A stretch of 64,000 nucleotides of DNA from an archaeon (GTDB lineage: Archaea; Iainarchaeota; Iainarchaeia; Iainarchaeales; JAAZKV01): contig JBAZFU010000001.1 of NCBI GenBank assembly GCA_041653195.1, forward strand, positions 70,545 through 134,544. The letters run 5' to 3'. Shown one piece after another: positions 1-10,527 of this stretch; position 1 is the first letter of the stretch; each line of letters opens with the position of its first letter. Both the position numbers and the translations under genes were made by a program. The notes beneath the pieces were generated by a model that saw nothing but the letters and a program-made list of their open reading frames with translations, did not search any database and was not told the DNA's origin.

Positions 1-179
1 TTGCCGAAGAAATTTTTTCCTTCTCCGCGTTTTCCAAAATCTTTTTTTCAGTATGCGCGACGGCTTTTTTTATTCCATCGATTTTTCTGCGCGCGAGCTT
101 CGCTTTTTCAAAATACTCTGAAGCATTTTTATCAACTGACTTATTCAAATCAATTTCAATCAAATCTTTTTCCATCAAA

Positions 180-728
180 TCAATCCATGCCAGTTTTCTT
201 ACGCATGATTTCAATTATTGAATCGGTTCGTGAACCGCGCTTAAAAGTCGGCTCGGTCATGTAAAAGACCTGCCTGTCTTTCACAACATCATAATAATTC
301 GGAATTTTTTTCACATAACGTTCCTGTAAATTTTTGTGGTAGGATTCAACGTCCGAATAAAACTGGGAACTCACAACATTAAAGTTGCCCGAACCCATTA
401 TGGAGTACAGCGCATAAACATGCGGATCATTTTCAGCCGCTTTGAGATATTGCTCCACAAGCTCTTGTTTCGAAAAATCCAACTGCAAAAGCTCAACAGC
501 CTCAAGTTTATAACCAAGTTTCCAAAATGCAATTTTTGGGCCATAGCCGAGCAAAATTCCTTCCTTCTTCAAAAAATCAAGAGAGGCTTTAATGGTCGCC
601 AAGTGATACTTTGTTTTAGCCTTAAGCCTACGAAGATTTGGCTGAACAGAATTACTCTCGAGCAAGCCTTTCAAAATGTCAAGCCTTATTGAATCATCCA
701 CCCTCATTTTCTGTGCCACAAAAAACAC
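180..728 (-). CDS. hypothetical protein with N-terminal winged-helix/HTH-like region (possible transcription regulator)
   Basis: 182-aa ORF; N-terminal DSIRLDILKGLLESNSVQPNLRRLKAK segment resembles an HTH; no strong family motif recognised. Confidence 0.35.
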   Translation of the reverse strand: MFFVAQKMRVDDSIRLDILKGLLESNSVQPNLRRLKAKTKYHLATIKASLDFLKKEGILLGYGPKIAFWKLGYKLEAVELLQLDFSKQELVEQYLKAAENDPHVYALYSIMGSGNFNVVSSQFYSDVESYHKNLQERYVKKIPNYYDVVKDRQVFYMTEPTFKRGSRTDSIIEIMRKKTGMD

Positions 729-1054
729 CTCAAAAAAGAAGCGATTCTAACAAAAAACCGCATTAATATCAAAATATTACACAATAACCTATTTAAATGT
801 GTTTTTTAGCACATAAAAAGCCGATTAATACTTATTAAGAATAAGTGGCGTATTATGTCATAGTTTTATGGAGGGGGTTTATCTAAAAGGGATAACGCTG
901 AAAAAATTGGAAAGCTGATTGGGGTTATTGGAGAGGCTCACCAGGATCTCTAATTTTTTTTGTCTTCCAGTAACCCGCCAGTCAGCCGAATAAATAAACT
1001 TTAACGAACACTATTTTAGTCTCAGATAACTGTCTTGGGAGTTGTGTAAAAAAA

Positions 1055-3337
1055 TTAGTTTAGTTTTGAGTTCATTTCCTCTTCTTCTTCCAGCTCATTC
1101 AAAAGATCTTCAGAAACCGATTTCGCTTTTCTTTTCAAAACTTTTTTTTGCTTTGCCGTTTTCATGTTGACGGGTTTAACCACGATTCCGGAAATCGCCG
1201 AATCTTTTTTTTCAAAAACTTTTTCAACAGCACTTTTTTCAATCTTCCCAACCGCTTTTTCCACAGAATCTTTTTGTAAAGAGTTTTTCGTCAAAATTTT
1301 TTCTCTCGCTTCTTTCTTCTTGCCCCAATCCTTTTTAGTAACACAAGTCATTGTTAAACACATTTTGTAAGAAAACCTGTTGTTTCTTACCTTTATAATC
1401 GGTGCGCCGCACTCTGGGCAAGTGTCTGCAGTAGTTGTTACTGTCCCTTTCTGCGGAAGAGGAAAAGAATTATTACACCGCGGATATTCGCTGCACCCCA
1501 CAAATCGTTTTCCAGATTTTCCCTGCCTTATTACAAGCTGGCCGTTTTCACATTTTGAACATTTGCCGACAACAGAACTGAAACGCAACGCATTTCTCAA
1601 CTCACCCCCCACAGTATCTTTTTCCTTAAAAAGCAAATCCATTATTTTTCGTAAATAATTCCCGGACGCAGTTACAACTTCCTCACGCGTTTTCTTTCCT
1701 GCCGCAATTTCATCCATTTCTTTTTCAAGACTGGAAGTCATTTCCGGTTTGGTTACAAGCGAGCAGTGTTTCTCCAAAGAATCAATAACTGAAAAAGCAA
1801 CTTTGCTTGGCTCAATACTGCTTCCTCCGACAAGATAGCGTCGAGAATAAAGTTTTTGAATAATTGCAGGCCTCGTGGATTTTGTTCCAAGATTATTTTC
1901 CTCCATTAACTTTATGAGAGACCCTTGACTGTAACGCGCAGGAGGTTCTGTTTCCTTTCCAAGCAATTCAACATTCTCAATTTTAACGCTATTGCCAACT
2001 TCAAGTTTTGGAAGCAAAACTTCCGATAACTTGCTGTAAGGATAAAATGCCTTCCACCCTGCAAAAATAATAGTTTGACCCCGGGCGACAAAAGGCTCGC
2101 CCTCCGCATCCAAAACAACATTCAAATTTTCAGTTTGCGCATCATCCGAAAGAGTTGCAAAAAAACGCCTTGTAATAAGTTCATAAATTCTCCAATCATC
2201 CGCAATCAGCATTTCCTTTTGAACCGCGGAAACAGGATGAATCGGAGGATGATCTTTGGTCTCTTTTCCCGCCGAAGGTGTCAAAATTTTTTTTTCAAGA
2301 ATTTTTAATGCATCGCGCTCAAATTCATGCACCGACACAAGCCTGTTCAAAATCTCACGCAAATCAAGATTCTTTGGATAAACACAATTATCCGTGCGCG
2401 GATAGGAAGTGAAACCGCGTTGATAAAGAGCTTCTGCAACATTCATAGCTTTCCCTGCAGAAAACCCGATTGCAGTTGCGGCACGCAAAAATTCTGTCGT
2501 ATTAAAAGGAACCGGTTTTTTTAAGGTGCGAGTTTTCTTTTCAACATTTTTAACAATAGCACTTTTGGGCTTTTTTGAAAAAACCTTTTTAGCTTTTTCC
2601 TCATTCCAAAACTTTCCTTCCGCATGAGAAGCCAAAAATTTTTGTTTATCCTTTTCACAATGCGCTAAAATCTCCCAATATTTTTTTGATTTAAAAGCAA
2701 GACGTTCTTTCTCCCTGTCCACAATGAGAGCAAGTGTCGGAGTTTGAACACGCCCAACACTCAAAAACTCTTTTCCAAGTTGACCCGAAATGAGCGAAAC
2801 AAATCTTGTAAGCACCGCACCCCACATCAAATCAATTTCACGTCTGGCGTCGGCAGAATAAGCAAAATTATAATCAAATTTCTCGAGCGAATCAAAAGAC
2901 TTCGTTATATCCTCTTTTATTATTGCCGAAAAATAGGCGCGCTCAACTTTTATTTTCCCATTAGTTTCTTTCGCATAATTCAAGGCTTCCAAACCGATTG
3001 ATTCGCCTTCGCGATCAGCATCCGTTGCAACAATAATCCTTTCCGCATCAGGCGCTGAATCTCGAATGCAAGAAATTATCGCCTCTTCGGTAGGAGAATA
3101 AAGTATTTCAGCGTCAATCAATTTCCTTACATCCGTACCAATCCAGTTTGAGTACTGTGAAGGAAATTCAACATCCGAAATGTGACCTCTCAAAGGAATT
3201 AAGCGAATATCATTTCCTTTCCACTCAAACTCAAACACTTTTGCGCCGGAAATGTTTTTGTTCGAAACTTTTCCATCTGCAAGAAGTTCGGCGATTCTCT
3301 CGCCCGCAATAGCCTTTTCGGAAATAATAAGGTCCAT
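1055..3337 (-). CDS. topA: DNA topoisomerase type IA (topoisomerase I/III) with C-terminal zinc-ribbon repeats
   Basis: 760-aa ORF; Toprim motif IIVATDADREGE near N-terminus; C-terminal CxxC...CxxC zinc ribbons (CSKCENG, CSEYPRC, CPECGAP). Confidence 0.8.
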   Translation of the reverse strand: MDLIISEKAIAGERIAELLADGKVSNKNISGAKVFEFEWKGNDIRLIPLRGHISDVEFPSQYSNWIGTDVRKLIDAEILYSPTEEAIISCIRDSAPDAERIIVATDADREGESIGLEALNYAKETNGKIKVERAYFSAIIKEDITKSFDSLEKFDYNFAYSADARREIDLMWGAVLTRFVSLISGQLGKEFLSVGRVQTPTLALIVDREKERLAFKSKKYWEILAHCEKDKQKFLASHAEGKFWNEEKAKKVFSKKPKSAIVKNVEKKTRTLKKPVPFNTTEFLRAATAIGFSAGKAMNVAEALYQRGFTSYPRTDNCVYPKNLDLREILNRLVSVHEFERDALKILEKKILTPSAGKETKDHPPIHPVSAVQKEMLIADDWRIYELITRRFFATLSDDAQTENLNVVLDAEGEPFVARGQTIIFAGWKAFYPYSKLSEVLLPKLEVGNSVKIENVELLGKETEPPARYSQGSLIKLMEENNLGTKSTRPAIIQKLYSRRYLVGGSSIEPSKVAFSVIDSLEKHCSLVTKPEMTSSLEKEMDEIAAGKKTREEVVTASGNYLRKIMDLLFKEKDTVGGELRNALRFSSVVGKCSKCENGQLVIRQGKSGKRFVGCSEYPRCNNSFPLPQKGTVTTTADTCPECGAPIIKVRNNRFSYKMCLTMTCVTKKDWGKKKEAREKILTKNSLQKDSVEKAVGKIEKSAVEKVFEKKDSAISGIVVKPVNMKTAKQKKVLKRKAKSVSEDLLNELEEEEEMNSKLN

Positions 3338-3433
3338 TAAAAAAAGAAATGCTTAGAAAACAATTAAAAATCCAAAACACTGTTCAGACAATCAACGAAA
3401 AAATAATACTTCCAAAAATAGCTGACTCTGAAC

Positions 3434-3907
3434 TTACAATTTATTTTGCAATGGCATGCTTGGAAGCGTGCGAGACTGTTTCTGCTCAGCCATAACAACC
3501 ATTGTTTTCAAATCAATCACGCCATCAATAAGCCCCAATTGATTTATGAACTTTTCAGCACTTTCCAAATTCGGAACAATAATTTTCGCAATTAAATTAT
3601 ACTCGCCGAGAACCTGATAAAGCTCAAGCACAAAATCCATCGCGGCAAGTTTTCTTAGAACGTCTTTCTGTTTTGAAGTTTCAGTGCGCATCTGCACAAA
3701 AATCGGGTTCTCATAACCAAGTGCCTTATAATTTAAGTCCACAGAAATAGATTGAATCACTCTTTTTCGCTTCAATGATTCGACCCTTTTTTTTATTGCA
3801 ACATCAGTGAGTTTTGTTTCACGGGCAATCGCCGAAAAAGAAGCCCTGCCGTCCAACAGAAGTGCTTTGAGAATAATATTATCTATTTTGTCAAGTGACG
3901 CTGCCAA
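3434..3907 (-). CDS. Lrp/AsnC family transcriptional regulator
   Basis: 157 aa; N-terminal HTH (ILKALLLDGRASFSAIARETKLTDVAIKKRVESL) followed by RAM-like domain. Confidence 0.8.
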   Translation of the reverse strand: MAASLDKIDNIILKALLLDGRASFSAIARETKLTDVAIKKRVESLKRKRVIQSISVDLNYKALGYENPIFVQMRTETSKQKDVLRKLAAMDFVLELYQVLGEYNLIAKIIVPNLESAEKFINQLGLIDGVIDLKTMVVMAEQKQSRTLPSMPLQNKL

Positions 3908-4037
3908 CTAAAAACACCTTAAAAGTTCAAAAAACGAAACAACTTATTAAACAACTAAACCCAATAACTATTTAAGGTTTGCTTTTCGAAGAAAATTTGA
4001 GAAAAGCAAGTCGCCTATTCGAAAAATTTGCGACACA

Positions 4038-4048
4038 TTTATATATAT
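4038..4048 (+). promoter_or_regulatory. TATA-box-like element (TTTATATATAT) about 25 nt upstream of ATG at 4068 (leaderless arrangement)
   Basis: AT-rich TATA-like motif with archaeal spacing to the first ATG of the downstream ORF. Confidence 0.35.
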
Positions 4049-4067
4049 CAAAGAATAAGTTTTCTGC

Positions 4068-4370
4068 ATGCCAGTGAAAAAACCAACTAACAATCTAATG
4101 CACAGATTCTGGAAAAAACTTTCCGGAAGAAGCTCCGTGAACGCAAACTTGACTAGCAGATACAGCCGCGCTGGCAGCGTTGACCTTTATCAAGCTAGAC
4201 CAACCCAAGTTTTATACGCGGTTAAACCCGATGCACACGCGAGACCGATAAGACAGGACAAAAAAACTGCGCACGACAGACCACGCGTCAAATACTTTGC
4301 CGCAGAAGAAAAAAAAGTTTTGCGCGCCAGAAGCAGAAAAAGAAGAGCACGATTTTTAAAAATGAACTAA
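4068..4370 (+). CDS. small highly basic hypothetical protein (alternatively a structured ncRNA; region is GC-enriched)
   Basis: 100-aa ORF starting at the predicted TSS; Arg/Lys-rich; local GC content clearly above the flanks, so a spurious ORF over an RNA gene cannot be excluded. Confidence 0.25.
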   Translation: MPVKKPTNNLMHRFWKKLSGRSSVNANLTSRYSRAGSVDLYQARPTQVLYAVKPDAHARPIRQDKKTAHDRPRVKYFAAEEKKVLRARSRKRRARFLKMN

Positions 4371-4383
4371 TGAAACAAAATTT

Positions 4384-5262
4384 TTATAATTTTCCGCCGA
4401 AATTTTTTTCCCTGAGCCTTGTTGCATTGATCTTCATGGGCTTTGGAGCAGGAATGGCCTTTGATTGATAATATTCGACACTCCTTAGAAGATCTGATTT
4501 CATAATGTAAGAATAGGATTTCATTTGCTCAATTAGCGGGAGCAATAGAACGAGAACAATTACAAGTGAAACAAAATTTCCAGGAAATCCTGCAAGATCC
4601 AAGCCAAATTCTATGAAAAAAATTATTGCAAGAATAAAAGATCCTATTAAAACAGCAGATATTGCAAGGAGCGGCTGAGCTAAAACGAAACCTATGCTCT
4701 CGCCGATTCCAAACGATATTGAATCCTCGTCTAAAACAATACTTTGAGGAACATACATTAACACAAAAGCAACTATCAAATCAATTGCTGCAATAATTGA
4801 AAGGCTTATCCCGAATTGAAGCCCCAAAACAGAAAGAATGTAAAACAATATTGCAAGCCCCAAATAAAACAAAAATATTTTTAGGGAGGAACCGCGCAAC
4901 AATTCGTTCCAATATTCGTCTAGTGACATGTGCTGCACGTCCCTTCTCACAGAGTAAATTGTAAGGGAAACAAAAAAAGAAAAGAAATACAAAAAAACAA
5001 GTCCAACAAGCAAAGCGCCCAAAACCGAAACTGAAGAACTGTAACTCAAAAAAACAGTCCCTGAAGCAATATAAAAATCCTGAAACAAGACAAAAATAAA
5101 AACAAAAACAAGCAGAAGAAGATAACTAACCGCGACCTTTATATTTGCCGAATATTCCTCAGCAGTCTTTTTTAAGACGAGCCCAAGCATCTCAAACATA
5201 ATCGAATTATGAACTAAATATTTAAAAACCAAAAGCAATAGCGCAAACCCGAAAAAAATCAT
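4384..5262 (-). CDS. polytopic membrane protein, function unknown
   Basis: 292 aa; multiple hydrophobic helices throughout. Confidence 0.5.
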   Translation of the reverse strand: MIFFGFALLLLVFKYLVHNSIMFEMLGLVLKKTAEEYSANIKVAVSYLLLLVFVFIFVLFQDFYIASGTVFLSYSSSVSVLGALLVGLVFLYFFSFFVSLTIYSVRRDVQHMSLDEYWNELLRGSSLKIFLFYLGLAILFYILSVLGLQFGISLSIIAAIDLIVAFVLMYVPQSIVLDEDSISFGIGESIGFVLAQPLLAISAVLIGSFILAIIFFIEFGLDLAGFPGNFVSLVIVLVLLLPLIEQMKSYSYIMKSDLLRSVEYYQSKAIPAPKPMKINATRLREKNFGGKL

Positions 5263-5264
5263 TA

Positions 5265-6533
5265 CTAAATTGAAATTATTTCCCCGTCAAAAAAATTCGA
5301 ATGCGCCCTGTTCATTCTCACCCTGATAAACTCCCCAAACCGCCCTTTTACTAAAACCGGGCGATAATTCTGGGTGCGGGCGGTGAAAAAGCCGTTATTC
5401 GCCATTTCAGAAACAAACGCCTCAAATTCCTTTCCAATTAATAACTTGTTTTTTTCCAAAAACAATTTCTTACAAAAAGCAGAAATTTTACGACTGCGGG
5501 ATTTCTTCTCCAACTCGCAAACTTGTCCACCCATTTTAACCGCCGCAGTCCCAAGACGCTTACCATAACGCGAAATATTTACCACGTCAGGTTTTGCTTT
5601 CACAAGAAGGGAAAGCGTATCTTCAAAATCTTTCTGCGTTTCTCCAGGAAACCCCACAATAATATCTGTAGAAATAGTTATGCTCGGACAGGCACCCCTA
5701 GCAAGCCGAACACATTCCAAAAAATCACTCCTCGAATATTTTCTGCCCATCGCCTTCAAAATTTTATCGGAACCGCTTTGAACCGGCAAATGAAGAAATT
5801 TGTAAAGATGCTTATTTTTGAATAGGGGAAGTAATTGTCGGTGAACTTTTTTGAAATTATTCGGATTCATCATTCCCAAACGAATAAAATAATTTCCATC
5901 AGTTTGCAACAATTTTTTAAGCAACTTTGGAAGAGAAGATTTTCGATCAAATCCATAACAACCCGAATCCTGTGCAGTTAACCAAATCTCTCCAGAAACT
6001 TTTACTTCTCTTTCAAAGGCTTTCACTATTTCATTTTCTGAATAAGAACGCAACTCTCCGCGGGCAATTTTTGTGATGCAATAAGTACAATTTCCAACGC
6101 ACCCTGTTGACAATGGAATTATAGAAATATTATCCTTGCAATTAATGCTTTTTATTTTCGGAGAAAAACTTTGATTTTTTAGAGAAAGCGCTTTACAAAG
6201 AGATTCAAGATGCGTATTTAAAACAATGATTTTTTTTGAAATTTTTTTTATTTCCTCGCCCCTCGCGGCGGAAAGGCAGCCGAAAGCAACAAGTTTAGAA
6301 TTATTCTTTTTTTCCGCAAACAATTTTCTTATTCTGGAAAGCATTCTCTGTTCAGTTGTCAATTTTACCGCACAAGTGTTGATTACAACAATATCTGCTT
6401 TTTTGAAATCATCGACCAGTTGAAAACAATTTTTTTCAAGAAATCCCTGCAACTTTTCAGTTTCAGAAATATTAAGCGCACAACCGTACCCCTCAACATA
6501 AGCCGATGTTTTTTTTGCCGAATTTTTTGACAT
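5265..6533 (-). CDS. MiaB-like radical-SAM tRNA methylthiotransferase (MTTase domain, radical SAM, TRAM)
   Basis: 422 aa; N-terminal MTTase domain; CxxxCxxC (CVGNCTYC); IVGFPGETQKDFEDTLSLL motif; C-terminal TRAM-like region. Confidence 0.8.
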   Translation of the reverse strand: MSKNSAKKTSAYVEGYGCALNISETEKLQGFLEKNCFQLVDDFKKADIVVINTCAVKLTTEQRMLSRIRKLFAEKKNNSKLVAFGCLSAARGEEIKKISKKIIVLNTHLESLCKALSLKNQSFSPKIKSINCKDNISIIPLSTGCVGNCTYCITKIARGELRSYSENEIVKAFEREVKVSGEIWLTAQDSGCYGFDRKSSLPKLLKKLLQTDGNYFIRLGMMNPNNFKKVHRQLLPLFKNKHLYKFLHLPVQSGSDKILKAMGRKYSRSDFLECVRLARGACPSITISTDIIVGFPGETQKDFEDTLSLLVKAKPDVVNISRYGKRLGTAAVKMGGQVCELEKKSRSRKISAFCKKLFLEKNKLLIGKEFEAFVSEMANNGFFTARTQNYRPVLVKGRFGEFIRVRMNRAHSNFFDGEIISI

Positions 6534-6607
6534 AACAAAAAAGTTGAAGATAAGGATTAAAGCACTATTGAAATCACGTTTTTTCAGAACTAAAAACGCA
6601 GCTTAAA

Positions 6608-7273
6608 TTATTTTGCTTCTTTCCTTTTATCGTAAAAACCGAAAAGAAAAAACGGTATCCATGCAGCCATTGCACCGAGCATAAACTCCAAATACATGCT
6701 CTTTCTAAGCTCCGGCCAATAATTCACCGCGAGAAACTGCTTCACTTCGGTCGTTTGCCCGCTCTGCGCCTGCTGCAAATATTCCTGATTAATCGCACTA
6801 ACATCCTTTGAACAAGAATTCTCGTTAAAACAAAAATAAACCGCCACATTTATCCCATTACTCTGAGAAATAAGCGCCGCATTATTCCCGTAATACCAAT
6901 ATAAATTTACCAAATAACCCAAATAAAGCGCCACAACAAGCAAAACGAAAAAAATTATTGAAGACGCAAGTTTCGTATCAAAATACTCGTTAAACCATTT
7001 TATCGCAAAATAACACAGAATAAATCCCGCAACAGGGGCGAAAAAATACATTATCGAAACCCAATTATCATAGGGAAAAAGCGAACCTATTATCGGAACG
7101 TTTCTCAAGCCGTCCAGAGTGCCCGAGGAGATGCATGTTCCGCCGGAAAAAATGTTTGTGCATGCGCCGCCGATAAACCACAAAAGCGCATAAGAAATGA
7201 AAAACCACAAAAGAACCATTACAAGAAAAAATTTTTCCTTACTTTCCGAAGCCACCAAACCCACTTCCGCCAA
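6608..7273 (-). CDS. membrane protein, function unknown
   Basis: 221 aa; several predicted TM helices. Confidence 0.45.
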   Translation of the reverse strand: MAEVGLVASESKEKFFLVMVLLWFFISYALLWFIGGACTNIFSGGTCISSGTLDGLRNVPIIGSLFPYDNWVSIMYFFAPVAGFILCYFAIKWFNEYFDTKLASSIIFFVLLVVALYLGYLVNLYWYYGNNAALISQSNGINVAVYFCFNENSCSKDVSAINQEYLQQAQSGQTTEVKQFLAVNYWPELRKSMYLEFMLGAMAAWIPFFLFGFYDKRKEAK

Positions 7274-7379
7274 ATCACTTAATTTCGTTTAAGAAAAATG
7301 TCCGATAATATGCTTTTAATCTTTACTCAGCGCTCATTTCTCAGAAGCAATGAAGCTTCCGCAAAGGAACTGATTTTAC

Positions 7380-8342
7380 ATGCAAAACGAAATTCCCTGG
7401 GTTGAAAAGTACAGGCCGAATTCACTGGACGAAGTAATGGGCCACAAAGAAATAACCTCGAGGCTAAAAAGCTACGTGAAACAAAGAAACCTGCCGAACA
7501 TGCTTTTTTCAGGACCTGCAGGAAACGGAAAAACAAGCTCGGCGATAGCACTAGCAAGAGAACTTTTCGGAAAAAATATGGGAATGAATTTTTTAGAGTT
7601 GAATGCAAGCGATGAAAGAGGAATTGATGTAGTAAGAAACACAATAAAAGATTTTGCAAGAACACTCGCGTTCGATTCTGATTTCAAAATAATATTTTTA
7701 GACGAATGCGATGCGCTCACAGGCGACGCGCAACAGGCACTACGAAGAACCATGGAAAAATATACAAAAACCTGCAGATTCTGTCTCTCGTGCAATTACT
7801 CCTCAAAAATAATCGAACCGATACAATCAAGGTGCGTAATATATCGCTTCAAGCCGCTAAACCCCGAAGACATTTCAAATCAAATGGAATTCATTGCAAA
7901 AAAAGAAGGACTCACAATAGATGAAGGTGCAAAAAAAGCGGTCAATTACGTTTGCCAAGGCGATTTAAGAAAAGCAATAAACATTTTACAAGGCGCCTCA
8001 TCCACAGGAAAAAAAATAACCGAAGATATAATTTACAACGTTTCAAGCAGAGCAAAACCCGAAGAAATAAAAGAAATGATACTTCTGGCATTGCAGGCAA
8101 AATTTTTAGAGGCAAGAAAAAAACTTGACGCGCTAATGTACGAACAGGGAATGAGCGGCGAAGATGTTCTGCTACAACTATACAGGGAAACCATGGCACT
8201 TGAAGAAAAAGACCTTTCCGACAAAGCAAAAATAGAACTTGTTGACACCATCGGAGAATACGACTTCAGAATCGTTGAGGGCGCAAACGAAAGAGTTCAG
8301 TTAGAAGCGCTGCTGGCACAATTCATGAAATACAAAAAGTAA
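7380..8342 (+). CDS. rfcS: replication factor C small subunit
   Basis: 320 aa; Walker A GPAGNGKTS; DEAD-like LDECDAL; SRC motif (EPIQSRC); typical archaeal RFC-S length. Confidence 0.9.
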   Translation: MQNEIPWVEKYRPNSLDEVMGHKEITSRLKSYVKQRNLPNMLFSGPAGNGKTSSAIALARELFGKNMGMNFLELNASDERGIDVVRNTIKDFARTLAFDSDFKIIFLDECDALTGDAQQALRRTMEKYTKTCRFCLSCNYSSKIIEPIQSRCVIYRFKPLNPEDISNQMEFIAKKEGLTIDEGAKKAVNYVCQGDLRKAINILQGASSTGKKITEDIIYNVSSRAKPEEIKEMILLALQAKFLEARKKLDALMYEQGMSGEDVLLQLYRETMALEEKDLSDKAKIELVDTIGEYDFRIVEGANERVQLEALLAQFMKYKK

Positions 8343-8408
8343 ATAACTATGCTTGAACGCCAACGAAAAGAAATATAATCAACAAGTCTGTAAATATCTT
8401 CGAAACTC

Positions 8409-8819
8409 ATGAATCATCCATCCAAACCCGCAAGAAAACCCATTCTTCTTGATAGACACGACTTGATAAGATTAGGCGATATCGCTGAAAAAAGAACAGG
8501 AAGATTTGCATTGGCTGTGCGTCCAGTTCTTGCTGTCCGCGCCCAAGAAATTTACGGAACAAAAATGTTTGAAAAAAAAGTGTGCCACGAAATAATCAAA
8601 AGAATCGTTGATCAGACGACACTCAACCCGATTCAAAAATCCCAATTATACAGGTATCTTTTGCGAGAAACTCCTATAAAACTCAGTAAAGAAAAAATCA
8701 AAGCCTCCCGTGAAAAAATTGCAAAAATTGTCGGAGGAAAAGAAAAATTAGCGAAACTATTGAAAAAAATCAACGATGCACTCGAAAAAAACAGTGAAAA
8801 TATCAATGCACAAATTTAA
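8409..8819 (+). CDS. hypothetical protein
   Basis: 136-aa ORF with plausible codon usage; no recognised motif. Confidence 0.4.
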   Translation: MNHPSKPARKPILLDRHDLIRLGDIAEKRTGRFALAVRPVLAVRAQEIYGTKMFEKKVCHEIIKRIVDQTTLNPIQKSQLYRYLLRETPIKLSKEKIKASREKIAKIVGGKEKLAKLLKKINDALEKNSENINAQI

Positions 8820-8860
8820 TGCGCTCAAAAAAATATTCAAACGACTAAACAAAATTCAAT

Positions 8861-10093
8861 CTAAAACCACTCACTAATTCGCTTCTGTTCCTTAAAATGC
8901 TTCAACAAAACCGATTTCTTTTTATAATTTGCAATTGGAACCATCAACTTCTTTGAAAGAAACTCAAGCGCGAGCTCAATATTCGAAAATTCCAGAGGCT
9001 TTTGCTTCAGAGCAGCGCGAACATTCTCACGAATCTGCCACACTCCAAGCGGAACCGCGTACCCGCTTCCGATTTCCCTGAAAACGATTGCCGCCGCCTG
9101 TTTTTTTTCCTTAACCAAATACTCTGCAATCGCCAGCCGTGCCGCAAAATAAGCGCCCTCGGTTTCTTCAGGATAGCCTTTCAAACCAGAATTCAATTCG
9201 TAATCTGCCCCAATATTAATTTCCTTTGCATCAGGCGTCCAAACCCCCCCGGGCATCCAGGTTTCGAGCTGCTCGAAGGACCACGGAAAAGGCAGAAGCA
9301 TTATCCAAAAATTATTATCCAAATAATTCGAGTGAAACAATTTGAAAGAATCTATTATCGGTTTTTGCCGAATTTCTTCATTAACAAAATACTTTGAAAT
9401 GTTCGAATCGACAGCGGTTATTGCCCAGCGCGTCGGCACAAGCTTTCTATTTTTTTTTACCCCAAGAGAACCGCTTGACAAAACCTTTGAAAGCGAAGAA
9501 ACAGGAATTCCGTCCCGAAACAATTCAACTAATGCGACCGAAGATTTAGCATCAGTATCAAAATAAAAATTATCAATTTTTTTTGAAATTTTCGGGTTGC
9601 CGGAAATTTTCATGCTTTCCAGCTTTGCCGAGGGCCCCATCGGCGCGGAAAAAGAATCAAACGAAGTTTCCATGCGCGGCGTATCCGCCAGCGACAACTC
9701 CAAATCAAGCGAGCCAGAAGACATTGTTATTTCCTGAAAATCGCGCAACTCATAATTTGGATCCTTTGCCGAATTAACCGGCATTGTTTTGTAGGAACGA
9801 AGAAGAGATTCGCGAAAAGAAATAATTTTTTCCTGAGGAAGGCCGTACCACTGCTCAGGCATATCACTTATTCCACTAACTTCATCCGGAACGGAGGAAA
9901 GGGGCGCAACAGAAACCTTCGGATAATTTTTCCACGAAACAAAAAAACCGGGCGGGGTAACGCCCTCAAAATCATTGTCCCTTATCGAGGAATTTATATT
10001 AAACCGCTTTGACTGCCTCTCGAGTATCGGGCAACTTTCAAGGCCGCACAAAAGCTTCCCCTTACATTTTATACAGAGCCCTGGCGAAATCAT
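8861..10093 (-). CDS. NreA-like (DUF650/DUF651) putative DNA repair protein
   Basis: 410 aa; N-terminal CxxC...CGxxxCP zinc-binding start typical of archaeal Nre family; sits beside RFC. Confidence 0.4.
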   Translation of the reverse strand: MISPGLCIKCKGKLLCGLESCPILERQSKRFNINSSIRDNDFEGVTPPGFFVSWKNYPKVSVAPLSSVPDEVSGISDMPEQWYGLPQEKIISFRESLLRSYKTMPVNSAKDPNYELRDFQEITMSSGSLDLELSLADTPRMETSFDSFSAPMGPSAKLESMKISGNPKISKKIDNFYFDTDAKSSVALVELFRDGIPVSSLSKVLSSGSLGVKKNRKLVPTRWAITAVDSNISKYFVNEEIRQKPIIDSFKLFHSNYLDNNFWIMLLPFPWSFEQLETWMPGGVWTPDAKEINIGADYELNSGLKGYPEETEGAYFAARLAIAEYLVKEKKQAAAIVFREIGSGYAVPLGVWQIRENVRAALKQKPLEFSNIELALEFLSKKLMVPIANYKKKSVLLKHFKEQKRISEWF

Positions 10094-10517
10094 GAATTAA
10101 TTACGATTAAAAAGAAACAAAAACATTACCCGCACACCGTGCCGGTCACACAAAACGGCAAATCCTCAAAAAAAACATTTATATTCAGTTAGGTCACAAC
10201 CAATCAGTTATGCCTTTCAGAGACCTTGCAGCGGAAATAAGGAATAGACCGCAAAAACCCCGCATTCGAAATCCGGAAAGCGAAAAAAAAATAATTGACG
10301 CAAGCGGTCCGAGCATGAGCGAAGCAATTTCGAGGACTGTAACCCCTGGAAAAAGCTGGAAGGAATGCCGAAACCTCAGAATGGACGGCGACAACGCACT
10401 CTGCAGAGAATTTGTTTCAAAATGCGGCAGAGAAAAATGCGGACGAATAAAGTAACTCTCTTATTTCTAAAAGAACACGCCGCACAATATTATCGCTAAA
10501 GGCACCACAGTAGTAAT

Positions 10518-10527
10518 AAATATATAA
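10518..10527 (+). promoter_or_regulatory. TATA-box-like element upstream of pilus ATPase (leaderless spacing)
   Basis: AAATATATAA centred about 25 nt before ATG 10548. Confidence 0.35.

Noticed and set aside
336-692. 118-aa plus-strand ORF antisense to ORF 180..728
   Set aside because: It is fully contained within the opposite-strand gene and has no motifs. It is probably spurious, although ORF 180..728 is itself only moderately supported.
729-1054. Possible C/D-box sRNA in the 326-nt intergenic region (CTGA boxes present)
   Set aside because: No convincing C box (RUGAUGA) or terminal stem was found. The evidence is too weak to call a feature.
1164-3001. Multiple short plus-strand ORFs (1164..1370, 1380..1658, 2075..2308, 2327..2524, 2744..3001) inside the topoisomerase gene
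   Set aside because: They are antisense to a strongly supported 760-aa CDS with clear Toprim and Zn-ribbon motifs.
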